Positions 1 to 9,500 of a stretch of 64,000 nt of DNA are shown here, piece after piece. Location of the stretch: contig OY969622.1 of NCBI GenBank assembly GCA_963701665.1, positions 800,001 through 864,000 on the forward strand, given 5' to 3'. The notes below the pieces were generated by a model. The model worked only from the letters and a program-made list of their open reading frames with translations, searched no databases and was not told the DNA's origin. Source of the DNA: Candidatus Babeliales bacterium. Lineage in GTDB: Bacteria; Babelota; Babeliae; Babelales; JANWKD01. Numbering within the stretch: position 1 is the first letter of the stretch; the number at the start of each line of letters is the position of its first letter. The translations under genes and the position numbers were made by a program.

Positions 1-18
1 GACAAAGAGATAGAACTC

Positions 19-954
19 ATGACACAAGAAACTGTTCATAAACTCATCATCCTTGGTGCTGGACCTGCGGGTTTAACAGCGGGTATTTATGCTGGACGTG
101 CCCTTCTTGCCCCACTCATTATTGAGGGAAAAAATCCGGGAGGCCAGCTCATGGGGACATCATATGTTGAAAATTGGCCAGGAGAAAAACATATTCTAGG
201 CCCTAAGCTCATGATTAACATTCAAGAACATGCTAAAGCGTCTGGCTGTTTATTTTTGCAAGAAGAAGTTGTGTCAGTTGATTTCAAGAAACGTCCGTTT
301 ACTATCGTTACGAATAAAAATAAAACATTATTGGCACATGCAATTATTATTGCGACGGGTGCAACCCCAAAACGCTTAGGATGCCCCGGTGAAGATACCT
401 ATTGGGGAAAAGGAGTATCAACCTGTGCAGTATGCGATGGGGCTTTTTATAAAGATCAACCTGTTGTCATTATTGGTGGTGGCGATACAGCCATGGAAGA
501 TGCATCTTTCATGAGCAATTTCACCAAAGATATAACCATTATTCATATTGGTGAAGCTTTCACGGCATCACCTGCAATGCAAGAACGCATCAAAAATATG
601 AATTTTATTAAAATTATATATCAAAGTACGGTCACTGAGATTAAGGGCGATGGTAATCACGTTACGAGTGTTATCGTTACTCACCAAAAAACGCACGAAA
701 AAACTACATTAAAAGTTGATGCTGCGTTCCTAGCTATTGGCTTAACGCCTAACACTGCGCCATTTAAAGGTCAAATTGATCTACTCAATAATGGTTATCT
801 CAAGGTTACTAACCACACCTATACATCGGTACCGGGTGTTTTTAGTGCTGGTGATGTTGCCGATTTTAGATATCGTCAAGCAATAACCTCTGCCGGGTCA
901 GGATGCATGGCAGCCTTAGATGCTGAACGCTATCTAAAAGAACAGCAAAAATAA
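19..954 (+). CDS. trxB: Thioredoxin-disulfide reductase
   Basis: FAD motif GAGPAG, active site CAVC (GVSTCAVCDG), NADPH motif GGGDTA, C-terminal RQAITSAG. Confidence 0.97.
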   Translation: MTQETVHKLIILGAGPAGLTAGIYAGRALLAPLIIEGKNPGGQLMGTSYVENWPGEKHILGPKLMINIQEHAKASGCLFLQEEVVSVDFKKRPFTIVTNKNKTLLAHAIIIATGATPKRLGCPGEDTYWGKGVSTCAVCDGAFYKDQPVVIIGGGDTAMEDASFMSNFTKDITIIHIGEAFTASPAMQERIKNMNFIKIIYQSTVTEIKGDGNHVTSVIVTHQKTHEKTTLKVDAAFLAIGLTPNTAPFKGQIDLLNNGYLKVTNHTYTSVPGVFSAGDVADFRYRQAITSAGSGCMAALDAERYLKEQQK

Positions 955-1020
955 AATTAATTCCTTTAAGGATGTATTAAAATTCTGGATCCCCACGGCG
1001 CTTCGCGCCTCGGGATGACA
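955..1020. repeat. Right half of the TGTCAT...ATGACA palindromic MITE/REP-like element
   Basis: AATTAATTCCTTTAAGGA...TTCTGGATCCCCACG..GCT.CGC.CCTCGGGATGACA matches the copies at 46111-46216 and 24173-24299. Confidence 0.75.
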
Positions 1021-1028
1021 ACTTAGGT

Positions 1029-1586
1029 TTATTTTATGCCTAAATAATATTTAATCGTGTCCCATAAAGAATATTGCATCATTGCATCTTGTTTTACTTC
1101 TTCTTTTGCTGGCAATAATTCCCATTCTTCTAGGCCTTTTTCAGTTTCATCGAGTGGGCTCTCAATGCACGCAACCTCTTTGTGTATAGTGCATAGATTG
1201 TCATACGCGGGCATCATGGCGCCATGATGCAATAAAAGATCAATGATATTAGATCCCTTGTTATGTTTTTTAGCGAATTCTAATGGACTCATCGAACTGA
1301 CATCAACGAGATTTGGATTCGCACCATGCTTTAATAACTCACGTATAACCATGGCCTCATGACCATTAGACTTATACAACGCTATCATCAAGGCTGTTTT
1401 ACCCTCATATGTTGCATTTGGATTCGCTCCTTCTTCAAGAAGCTTTTTTAAGGTAATGATATCGTTTCGCACAACTGCATCAAAAAGATCATAAGAAAGC
1501 GTTTCATCAAAGGTTTGATCAGAAACTGCACGCAATAAACATACGAAAAGACATAATATTGACGCATATTTTATCATAGGATTCAT
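1029..1586 (-). CDS. Secreted ankyrin-repeat protein
   Basis: N-terminal signal peptide; GANPN...GKTALMIA and GANPNLVD..MSPLEFA ankyrin repeats; paralog of 1610-2179. Confidence 0.88.
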   Translation of the reverse strand: MNPMIKYASILCLFVCLLRAVSDQTFDETLSYDLFDAVVRNDIITLKKLLEEGANPNATYEGKTALMIALYKSNGHEAMVIRELLKHGANPNLVDVSSMSPLEFAKKHNKGSNIIDLLLHHGAMMPAYDNLCTIHKEVACIESPLDETEKGLEEWELLPAKEEVKQDAMMQYSLWDTIKYYLGIK

Positions 1587-1609
1587 AGTTGATAATAGCT
1601 TTCGTTTAT

Positions 1610-2179
1610 TTAATACCCTAAATAATACTTAACAACATCCCATAGCGAACGTTGCTTTGATGCTTCTTCTTCCGCTATTTCTTCTTTCGTTGGTAAGAAT
1701 TCCCATTCTTTTAGCTCTTGCTCGGCTTGCTCATAAGGACATTCTTGAGGTGCAACTGCGCCGGGGGTATAACCAGCACTCGCGCGTGGCGTAATTTGAG
1801 CGCCATATTGCAACAAAAGATTAATAACTTTAGGATCTTTTTGATATTGAGTCGCATATTCTAATGGACTCATCAAGCTTGCATCAACAAGATTAGGATT
1901 AGCACCGTTTTTGAGTAATTCATCAACAATAACAACCTCATTGCCATTTGATGTATGGAGGGCCACCATCAATGGTGTTTTACCTTCATATTTTGCATTA
2001 AGATTAGCTCCTTGATTAATGAGCTTTTTCAACGTAACGCTATCATTTCGTTCGACGGCATTTAAAAGATCATATGAAAGCAGGTCATGAGTAACTTGTC
2101 GCGAAAAAGGGCGTTCTACTGCATGTAAAGCAACCATAAAAACGCTTAATACTAATACATATTTCATATTAAACTTCAT
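1610..2179 (-). CDS. Secreted ankyrin-repeat protein
   Basis: Signal peptide; GANLNAKYEGKTPLMVA and GANPNLVD ankyrin repeats; C-terminal SLWD..KYYLG shared with its neighbour. Confidence 0.88.
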   Translation of the reverse strand: MKFNMKYVLVLSVFMVALHAVERPFSRQVTHDLLSYDLLNAVERNDSVTLKKLINQGANLNAKYEGKTPLMVALHTSNGNEVVIVDELLKNGANPNLVDASLMSPLEYATQYQKDPKVINLLLQYGAQITPRASAGYTPGAVAPQECPYEQAEQELKEWEFLPTKEEIAEEEASKQRSLWDVVKYYLGY

Positions 2180-2723
2180 ATTTACCTCCTACTTCAATAA
2201 GTGTCCAATCTTCTTCTTCAGGATTGATCTCAATAAATTCCTTTTGCAATCTTGCTAATTCGCGTTCTTTTCTCTCTTTTTCTCGTTGCACACGATTTGT
2301 TGCAAGATAATCATCCATAGTTTTGCCATAGGCGTCTTTCACCTCGGAATCAGCACCTGCGGAAAGTAATAAATTCATAGGATCTGTATAGCCAAAATCA
2401 GCAGCAAAGGTTAATGCCGTCATGCCATTGCCGGCGATAAAATCTAATCCATTATTTTTTCGGGCCGTTTCCAATAAATATTCTAAAATACTCGCATCAA
2501 CGCGATCAGTAAAATTTTCAATTTGATGCATAATTGCAGTTTTTCCATCCCTTTGAGCATTAGGATTAGCCCCTAAAAGTAATAATGTTTCTACCATAGT
2601 AGGTCGATTAGAACCTCTTTGAAGAATTACATCAATTAATTGCTGATCCCGTTCAGAATTTGCATACATGGCTCCTGTTAAAAAAGCCAGTATTATCACT
2701 ACTATCTTTTTCATTACCCTCAC
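2169..2723 (-). CDS. Secreted ankyrin-repeat protein
   Basis: MKKIVVIILAFL signal peptide; GANPNAQRDGKTAIM and GMTALTFAA..LLSAGAD ankyrin repeats; charged C-terminal helix. Confidence 0.85.
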   Translation of the reverse strand: MRVMKKIVVIILAFLTGAMYANSERDQQLIDVILQRGSNRPTMVETLLLLGANPNAQRDGKTAIMHQIENFTDRVDASILEYLLETARKNNGLDFIAGNGMTALTFAADFGYTDPMNLLLSAGADSEVKDAYGKTMDDYLATNRVQREKERKERELARLQKEFIEINPEEEDWTLIEVGGKYEV

Positions 2724-2936
2724 TCCTTTTAAGGTAGCTACCTTCTTTTAATATTAACTGTATCAAAATATTATTTCACATTGCAATTAAATGTTTTATT
2801 TTTAAACAAAATCATTTCTTGGCCAAGGTTATTCCTACAAAACAGAAGGGATAATTTGAAAAAAAATCTTTTTAAACATATACTTTTAGTACAATTTAAC
2901 AAAAGAAACACCTGTTTTTGTAAGGATCTTTTAATC

Positions 2937-3071
2937 ATGTCAATTACCTACAAGCCAAGCCGCCGTAAACGAAGTAGAAAGCACGGATTTCGTAAAAGAA
3001 TGTCGACAAAAGATGGCAGAAAAATAGTTAATCGCCGTCGGTCAAAAGGAAGAAAACGTCTAACGGTTTAA
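2937..3071 (+). CDS. rpmH: 50S ribosomal protein L34
   Basis: [44 protein letters not shown]; the true ATG is at 2937, inside the track ORF 2781-3071. Confidence 0.97.
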   Translation: MSITYKPSRRKRSRKHGFRKRMSTKDGRKIVNRRRSKGRKRLTV

Positions 3072-3073
3072 TC

Positions 3074-3424
3074 GTGAACGAAAAACCTTCTTTTGGTATC
3101 CTGAGCAGTTTTAACAAGCAAGAAATAAAAAGATTGTTTAGAACTGCTCAAACGGTATATCAAACACCCGGCGTTATAATTAAAAAAGCACCTAAACTAG
3201 GCACTTTTGGCAGAATTTTAATAGTTACGCCTAAAAAAGCCGGTACTGCTCCTGTGCGCAATCTTATTCGACGTCGCCTAAAACATATTTTTTTTACCAA
3301 TCAGTTATATGAAAAGCCGTATGATATTATAGTGTTAGTAGCAGCACCTGCACAAACACTTTCATTCTCCACATTGCAAGAACTTCTCATCAACCTCTAT
3401 GACAAAAAAAACACCCCTCATTAA
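3074..3424 (+). CDS. rnpA: Ribonuclease P protein component
   Basis: KKAGTAPVRNLIRRRLK (RNR motif); follows rpmH. Confidence 0.92.
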   Translation: MNEKPSFGILSSFNKQEIKRLFRTAQTVYQTPGVIIKKAPKLGTFGRILIVTPKKAGTAPVRNLIRRRLKHIFFTNQLYEKPYDIIVLVAAPAQTLSFSTLQELLINLYDKKNTPH

Positions 3425-3608
3425 CAGTTTTTTCATTATCCTTTTTAAAACATTCCGCCCTTTTCTAGGCCCTGCTTACTGTACCTTTTACCTTTCCTGT
3501 GGCCATTTTGCATGCCAAGAGCTAGCAGAAAAGAATATTATTACTGCTGCATGGTCAATCACAAAACGCCTAGTCGCCTGTACATTCTCGTTTAAAAAAT
3601 CAGAGTAA
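3399..3608 (+). CDS. yidD: Membrane protein insertion efficiency factor YidD-like
   Basis: C-x-F-x-x-S-C...KRLVAC three-Cys pattern; rpmH-rnpA-yidD synteny. Confidence 0.7.
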   Translation: MTKKTPLINSFFIILFKTFRPFLGPAYCTFYLSCGHFACQELAEKNIITAAWSITKRLVACTFSFKKSE

Positions 3609-5027
3609 TCGACTTACAAGATTACTCAATTCACTACGTTCACTGCATTCAAGGAAGACCATGCCAAAAAGATGTTCCCCTTTAAATTTACTGCTAGCGA
3701 CAACAAGACCATTACTACTAAAATCTAAATATGGCGTATCAATCTGATAAGGGTCACCCGCTAAAACAATTTTACTTCCCTCGCCTACGCGACTGATTAA
3801 TGTTTTTACTTCATGCGGAGTTAGATTTTGTACTTCATCAAGCAAGATATACTGAAACGGTATTGATCGACCACGCATATAGGTGATTGCTTCGAGGCTA
3901 ATTTTTCCTTCACGAATAAGATGATCGAGTGAATCTAACGGCCTACTATGTTTTTTATTATGATGTTTTTGATGTTTTAAATGTTTTTCAAATTGCTTAC
4001 GATTCATACCCTTTTTACCCGAATAAAAAGGCTGCTCCTGATAATAGTGTTCTTCTTCATGCTGCGAAATATTAGCAGCGTAGCTACTAATAAATTCCAT
4101 ATTATCATACATTGGCTGCATCCAACTGCGTAATTTTTCCTCTATGGTTCCTGGCAAATAACCAATATCAGGACCTAATGGAATAACAGGACGAGAAATG
4201 AGCATCTTTTTATACTGATCACTCACAAGAATTTGCTGCAGCCCAGCTAGAAGCGCCAAAAATGTTTTTCCTGTTCCCGCAGGTCCGATGAGACTCACTA
4301 ACGGTATGGCAGGATCTAATAATAAATCTAATGCCATAGCTTGTTGGGGATTTCTCGCTTCCAATGGCCAGCGCAATGAAGGGGGTTGAAACCGTTTAAA
4401 ATTTTTACCACCAAGATACCGAAATAGTTTATAATTCATTGGATTGTTACGGCTTGTAACTAAAATAAATTCATTGTAGGTTAATGTTTTTTCTCTGGCT
4501 AACTCAAGGAGATCATCAGGAAATTCTTTTTTCAATTGCATGGCAGGAACTTCTAAATGGCGCCACCCCTTATAAATTTTTTCTTTAGAAACACCATTTT
4601 TTTCATAATCTAAACTTTTTAACCCTATAACATCAGCCTTCACGCGCGCGTTTAGATCTTTCGAAACAAAATAAACTTCATAACCCTGCTTTTTTAAACA
4701 AAGCCCGGTCATCAGGATTTCGTTATCGGCAATGTCCGTCTTGAGCGGCATGGGGCACGGTTCATCAGGCAAAAAAAGAACCTTTACAATACTCCCGTTT
4801 TCTAAATGAACACCCGTTCGTAAAGACCCTCGTTTACGCAATCCATCTAATCTACGGATAACTGCACGCGTTCCTGCTCCGCGCTCGGTACTTTCAACTT
4901 TAAACTTATCTAATTCTTCAAGCACAATAATTGAAATGCCCACTAATTCTTTCTCGAAGTTTAATAATGATTCTGGGTCATAAATCAACACACTGGTATC
5001 TAAAAGATATATTCTTTTTTCTGCCAT
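3600..5027 (-). CDS. PIN-domain PhoH family protein (PhoH2-like)
   Basis: N-terminal PIN (YLLDTSVL..D, DNEIL, SKDLNARVKA); Walker A GPAGTGKT; YMRGRS, DEVQN, GDPYQID. Confidence 0.92.
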   Translation of the reverse strand: MAEKRIYLLDTSVLIYDPESLLNFEKELVGISIIVLEELDKFKVESTERGAGTRAVIRRLDGLRKRGSLRTGVHLENGSIVKVLFLPDEPCPMPLKTDIADNEILMTGLCLKKQGYEVYFVSKDLNARVKADVIGLKSLDYEKNGVSKEKIYKGWRHLEVPAMQLKKEFPDDLLELAREKTLTYNEFILVTSRNNPMNYKLFRYLGGKNFKRFQPPSLRWPLEARNPQQAMALDLLLDPAIPLVSLIGPAGTGKTFLALLAGLQQILVSDQYKKMLISRPVIPLGPDIGYLPGTIEEKLRSWMQPMYDNMEFISSYAANISQHEEEHYYQEQPFYSGKKGMNRKQFEKHLKHQKHHNKKHSRPLDSLDHLIREGKISLEAITYMRGRSIPFQYILLDEVQNLTPHEVKTLISRVGEGSKIVLAGDPYQIDTPYLDFSSNGLVVASSKFKGEHLFGMVFLECSERSELSNLVSRLL

Positions 5028-5258
5028 TAGCTTCCTTAGTAACGTAGTAATTTCTCGTACCTGTGAACTCTACTACCTCCTCTTATACTTAAAAACAAGC
5101 ATACATGAGCTAAAGCTCTCCTTTTATTTATGTTGTACGTATTCCTGCATTGCCATTGCTGAATAAACTATCTTCCGATAAGAAAATCTACGTAATTTTG
5201 ATTATAAAATGCAATTGCCTGACATATAATTGAGCATTCAGCACGAAAAGTACGTTAA

Positions 5259-5287
5259 TTGACAAATTTTACTTAAACAACTATGCT
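5259..5287 (+). promoter_or_regulatory. Sigma70-like promoter upstream of the small ORF and thrS
   Basis: TTGACA (5259-5264), 17-nt spacer, TATGCT (5282-5287). Confidence 0.6.
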
Positions 5288-5330
5288 ATATTTATAGCTA
5301 AAACACCTTAAAAATACTTAAGGAGTCTCG

Positions 5331-5429
5331 ATGCAACGCCATACATTGCATGGTAATCTCTCTCTCATCTCATATATACTTAGCAAGACGTTCTTTTACG
5401 CTACTCCTAGAGCTCAAACAACTGCCTAA
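5331..5429 (+). CDS. Putative 32-aa small or leader peptide (MQRHTLHGNLSLISYILSKTFFYATPRAQTTA)
   Basis: AAGGAG RBS at 5320-5325 after a consensus promoter; ATG 5331, TAA 5427-5429; not in the ORF track. Confidence 0.4.
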   Translation: MQRHTLHGNLSLISYILSKTFFYATPRAQTTA

Positions 5430-5580
5430 GGCAGTACACTATTTTTAAAAAAATTATTATTCTTTAAGCACATACATATTTTGCTCGTTATCTAAGAAAA
5501 ATTGCCTCTACAATAGTACTAGCCGTATCTATAGATCAGCTGTTTAGTTCTATTAAAAAAATTATGTAAGGAATTTGACT

Positions 5581-7284
5581 ATGAGTTCTTCAGAAAAATT
5601 ACAGATATTACGTCACTCCACTGCACATCTTTTGGCACAAGCAATCCTTGAATTATACCCAAAAACAATATTAACAATTGGTCCGGCAACAAAGGATGGC
5701 TTTTTTTATGATGTTTTACCAGAACGAAACTTCAAAGAAGAAGATTTACCTATTCTTGAAGCACGAATGCACGAGCTTTCAAAGAAAAATTACCCAATTA
5801 CCCATAAAGAAATTTCAAAAGAAAAAGCACGAGAAATATTTAAAAATAACCCTTTTAAACTTGAACTGATCGATAGTATTCCTGGTGATACGGTTGGATT
5901 ATCACAACAAGGAGATTTTTATGATCTTTGTCGTGGAGGCCACGTTGCATCAACAGGCGATATAAAATATTTTAAATTACTCAATATTTCCGGTTCCTAT
6001 TGGCGTGCCGATAGAAGTAATCAAGCATTACAGCGTATTACTGGTACAGCATTTTTAACCCAACAAGATTTTGATGAGCATGAGCGATTAAAACAAGAAG
6101 CTGAAAAGTACGACCATCGCAGGCTTGGAAAACAGATGGATCTTTTCTCATTTCATGATGAAGGTGTTGGTTTTCCTTTCTTTCATCCAAAAGGCAAACT
6201 CGTTATTAATCTTTTGACTAACTTTCTCAAAAAAATTCTTGAGCAGTACGATTATAAAGAAATTGCAACACCCATCATGCTCAGCGATGATTTGTGGAAG
6301 CAATCAGGCCATTATGCCCACTACAAAGACAACATGTATTTTTGTTCCATTGATGAAAAAACATACGCAATTCGTCCTATGAATTGTCCTGGCGCTATTT
6401 TGACGTATAAAGAACGCCCTCGATCATATCGCGAATTACCGCTCAAACTTGCAGAATTCGGACTTGTCCATCGGCATGAGTTATCCGGCGTATTACATGG
6501 ATTATTCCGTGTACGAGCATTTACGCAGGATGACGCTCATGTTTTTTGCACCGTTGATCAATTGCATCATGAAGTTGCTTCGATGGTCGCTATGATTTTC
6601 GATGTATACAAAAAATTTGATTTTACGGCAGTAAAAGTAGCAATTTCAACCAAACCTGCTCATGCTATGGGAAGTAACGAACTTTGGGACAAAGCAACCA
6701 CTGCTCTTAAACATGCTCTTGATGAAGCCGGCATCTCATACTCTATCAAGGAAGGTGAAGGAGCATTCTATGGACCAAAAATTGAATTTATCATACAAGA
6801 TTCCATGGGACGTGAATGGCAATGCGGCACTATTCAAGTCGACTTTGCTCAGCCCGAGAACTTCGATCTAAGCTATATTTCTCCTCAAGGTATCAAAGAA
6901 CGTCCAGTTATGATACATCGTGCTATTTACGGTTCAATGGAAAGATTTTTTGGCATTCTCCTGGAACATTATAAAGGGCATTTGCCATTCTGGCTGGCTC
7001 CTGTGCAAATAAGAATTCTCACTATCACCGATGAACAGAAGGAATATGCTAATTCCATCCTGGTAAAGCTAAAAGAATATGGGGTACGTGCAGAGATTGA
7101 TCATTCATCTGATCCTATTTCAGGGCAGATTAAATCAGCACAGATAGAAAAAGTACCCTGGATGTTGGTTTTGGGTAAAAAAGAGATGGCCTCTAATACC
7201 ATCACATTGCGTTATTTTGATGGTAAACAAGAAATGGGTTTAACCTTTGAAGAATTAGTTGCCAAGATAAAAGCTCATTCTTAA
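5581..7284 (+). CDS. thrS: Threonine--tRNA ligase (short form lacking the N-terminal TGS domain)
   Basis: RHSTAHLLAQA and DLCRGGH editing domain, RPMNCP, RVRAFTQDDAH, GAFYGPK, HRAIYGS. Confidence 0.97.
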   Translation: MSSSEKLQILRHSTAHLLAQAILELYPKTILTIGPATKDGFFYDVLPERNFKEEDLPILEARMHELSKKNYPITHKEISKEKAREIFKNNPFKLELIDSIPGDTVGLSQQGDFYDLCRGGHVASTGDIKYFKLLNISGSYWRADRSNQALQRITGTAFLTQQDFDEHERLKQEAEKYDHRRLGKQMDLFSFHDEGVGFPFFHPKGKLVINLLTNFLKKILEQYDYKEIATPIMLSDDLWKQSGHYAHYKDNMYFCSIDEKTYAIRPMNCPGAILTYKERPRSYRELPLKLAEFGLVHRHELSGVLHGLFRVRAFTQDDAHVFCTVDQLHHEVASMVAMIFDVYKKFDFTAVKVAISTKPAHAMGSNELWDKATTALKHALDEAGISYSIKEGEGAFYGPKIEFIIQDSMGREWQCGTIQVDFAQPENFDLSYISPQGIKERPVMIHRAIYGSMERFFGILLEHYKGHLPFWLAPVQIRILTITDEQKEYANSILVKLKEYGVRAEIDHSSDPISGQIKSAQIEKVPWMLVLGKKEMASNTITLRYFDGKQEMGLTFEELVAKIKAHS

Positions 7285-7465
7285 AAAAGCCTTTATTTTA
7301 GCTGTTTTCTCACTCTATAAATTTTCTAAGTGGCATTATATTAGAAAACAAAAAAAAATAAATTTAAATTTGTTTTTGAAAAACCATTGACTTCACCTGG
7401 CTATACTGTTTACATTGAAAGTGTAGGTATGAAGTTGTAGTGTTAACATTTATCAAGGAGATACA

Positions 7466-7729
7466 ATGGTCGCAAAAAGAAAAAAAGCTGCATCAAAGAA
7501 AAAAAGAACAACAAAAAGAGCTACCAAACGTCGTGTAACAAAAAAACGTGCTGGCGCTAAGAGAAAAACAGCAAAAAGAGCTGGTGCAAAACGACGTACA
7601 GCTAAAAGAGCTGGTTCAAAACGCCGCGCATCAAAAAAACGCGCTGGTTCAAAAAGAAAAGTAGCTAAAAAAGCTAAAAGAAGACACAGCCATTTAAAAG
7701 TTGCGCTTAAAAACTTAATGGGTGCGTAA
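7466..7729 (+). CDS. Histone H1-like Lys/Arg/Ala-rich nucleoid protein
   Basis: 87 aa of KKRAGAKRKTAKRAG-type repeats; AAGGAG RBS. Confidence 0.8.
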   Translation: MVAKRKKAASKKKRTTKRATKRRVTKKRAGAKRKTAKRAGAKRRTAKRAGSKRRASKKRAGSKRKVAKKAKRRHSHLKVALKNLMGA

Positions 7730-7748
7730 TTCTTTCTGAAGCTTAATC

Positions 7749-7798
7749 AAAAAAAGATAAAAGGCGATATAAACTTTTATGTTGCCTTTTATTTTTTT
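7749..7798. terminator. Bidirectional rho-independent terminator
   Basis: ATAAAAGGCGATATAAA/TTTATGTTGCCTTTTAT hairpin with A and T tracts between convergent genes. Confidence 0.7.
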
Positions 7799-8459
7799 AT
7801 CTCATCTTTTTTACCCCATTCCGCTCACAGAGATCAAAAATAGTGCACTGAGAACAGAATGGCGAAACTGGCACACAAATATTTTGTCCCCACATGACCA
7901 ATAACTTATTCCATTCAATCCAATACTCTTCAGGTAAAATTTGTTTAAGTTCCTTTTCAGTATCCTCAGGTCTTTTAGTTTTCACTAACCCTAAACGATT
8001 TGAGATACGATGCACATGAATATCAACGCATATAGCTGGTATTTTAAAAGCCACGCCAAGCACTAAATTTGCCGTTTTTGGGCCAACACCTTTTATTGAG
8101 CGCAAATCCTTGTAGGTGCATGGCACCTTACCCCCAAATCGAGTAAGAAGTTCATGGCTCACCTCTTTTAATATTTGAGCTTTTCTTTTGTAAAAACCGA
8201 TAGGTCTAATTTCATTTTCAAGCTCTGATAGCGGCATTTCGAGCAATTCTTGAGGTGTTATTACTTTTTTAAATAATGACATACTCACTTTATAAGTCAT
8301 AACATCACGAGAACGTAAGCTCAATAAACAACTAATAAGTATAATAAAAGGATCATGGCCAAATTTTTGTGCTAAATCTTCACTCATAGGTAGAGCCATT
8401 CCTCGCGTAGCCTTACGCAACATATGAATTATGGCGAGTGCCTTCTCCGTTTTATTCAT
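7797..8459 (-). CDS. nth: Endonuclease III
   Basis: HhH motif IKGVGPKTANLVL, VDIHVHR, 4Fe-4S motif C-x6-C-x2-C-x5-C. Confidence 0.95.
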   Translation of the reverse strand: MNKTEKALAIIHMLRKATRGMALPMSEDLAQKFGHDPFIILISCLLSLRSRDVMTYKVSMSLFKKVITPQELLEMPLSELENEIRPIGFYKRKAQILKEVSHELLTRFGGKVPCTYKDLRSIKGVGPKTANLVLGVAFKIPAICVDIHVHRISNRLGLVKTKRPEDTEKELKQILPEEYWIEWNKLLVMWGQNICVPVSPFCSQCTIFDLCERNGVKKMR

Positions 8460-8573
8460 GCAAAGATCTTTCTTGCAACATATTTTATTTCTTTATACAT
8501 ATAGTATGCCCTTATGGCAAAAAAAGGTGTACTCTTTTAAAATAAACGATCAACCTATCTGCAGGAGATCATC

Positions 8574-9500
8574 ATGAACCTTATAGAATTTTTGCGACTA
8601 AAAGAAGAATTTCTTACCTATATTGATGTTGAAAAAAATCTTTCAGAAAATACCTACCGGGCTTATGAAAGTGATTTAGACCAATTTATACTTTTTTGGA
8701 AAACCATAGAGGATAATAAAAACCCTCAAGAAATCCCCCTCAGAAGGGCTTTAGAACGATTCCTTGTATCCCTTTATCATAAAAAGATAGATAAAAGCAG
8801 TATTGCGCGTAAATTATCCTGCTTACAATCATTTGAAAAATATGCCCAAAAACAAGGAATTTCCCTTAATTTAAACGTAAAACGCCCTCGCCTTGATAAG
8901 AAATTACCCCTTTATTTGAGTATTGATGAAATCACCTACTTGCTCGATGATATAAAAAACGAAGAATTACCGACAAAAAGCCCTTTTCGTGATAAAGCCA
9001 TTTTTGAGCTTCTCTATGCCACCGGCGTACGCTGCTCAGAACTTATTGCCATACGTTTAACTGATATTGATTTTGAACAAAAAATCATAAAGATCATGGG
9101 TAAAGGCAAGAAAGAACGCATTGTGCTCTTCGGCACAAAAGCATTAAAAAAAGTGCGCGATTATTTAGATTTTGAACGAAATATATACACACCAGAATCC
9201 CCTTTTCTATTTTTAAATAACAGAAACGAGCAGTTAACCAGCAGATCTGTCCAAAGGATTTTGGAAATGTTTAGAACATTTCTTAAAATTGAACGAAAAA
9301 TTACGCCACACAAAATCCGTCATTCTTTTGCAACACATTTATTACATCAGGGCGCCGATTTGCGCACGGTACAAGAACTTTTAGGACATAAAACTATTGC
9401 AAGCACAGAAAGATATACGCATCTTGGCACGCAAGAGCTCATTGATATGTGTGATACGATCCATCCATTACACTCGTTTGAAAACAATGACACTGAATAA
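8574..9500 (+). CDS. xerC: Tyrosine recombinase XerC/XerD family
   Basis: LYATGVRCSEL, GKGKKER, HKIRHSFATHLL, LLGH, TERY catalytic residues; XerC versus XerD is not resolved. Confidence 0.85.
   Translation: MNLIEFLRLKEEFLTYIDVEKNLSENTYRAYESDLDQFILFWKTIEDNKNPQEIPLRRALERFLVSLYHKKIDKSSIARKLSCLQSFEKYAQKQGISLNLNVKRPRLDKKLPLYLSIDEITYLLDDIKNEELPTKSPFRDKAIFELLYATGVRCSELIAIRLTDIDFEQKIIKIMGKGKKERIVLFGTKALKKVRDYLDFERNIYTPESPFLFLNNRNEQLTSRSVQRILEMFRTFLKIERKITPHKIRHSFATHLLHQGADLRTVQELLGHKTIASTERYTHLGTQELIDMCDTIHPLHSFENNDTE

Noticed and set aside
2781..2936. N-terminal extension of L34 in the ORF track
   Set aside because: L34 homology starts at ATG 2937; the upstream part is AT-rich promoter sequence
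5028..5580. T-box riboswitch upstream of thrS
   Set aside because: No T-box consensus (GGTGG.ACC) or antiterminator could be identified
8574..9500. Tyrosine recombinase as a mobile-element integrase
   Set aside because: Typical housekeeping Xer size and motifs, translationally coupled to mrdA, with no att sites or cargo
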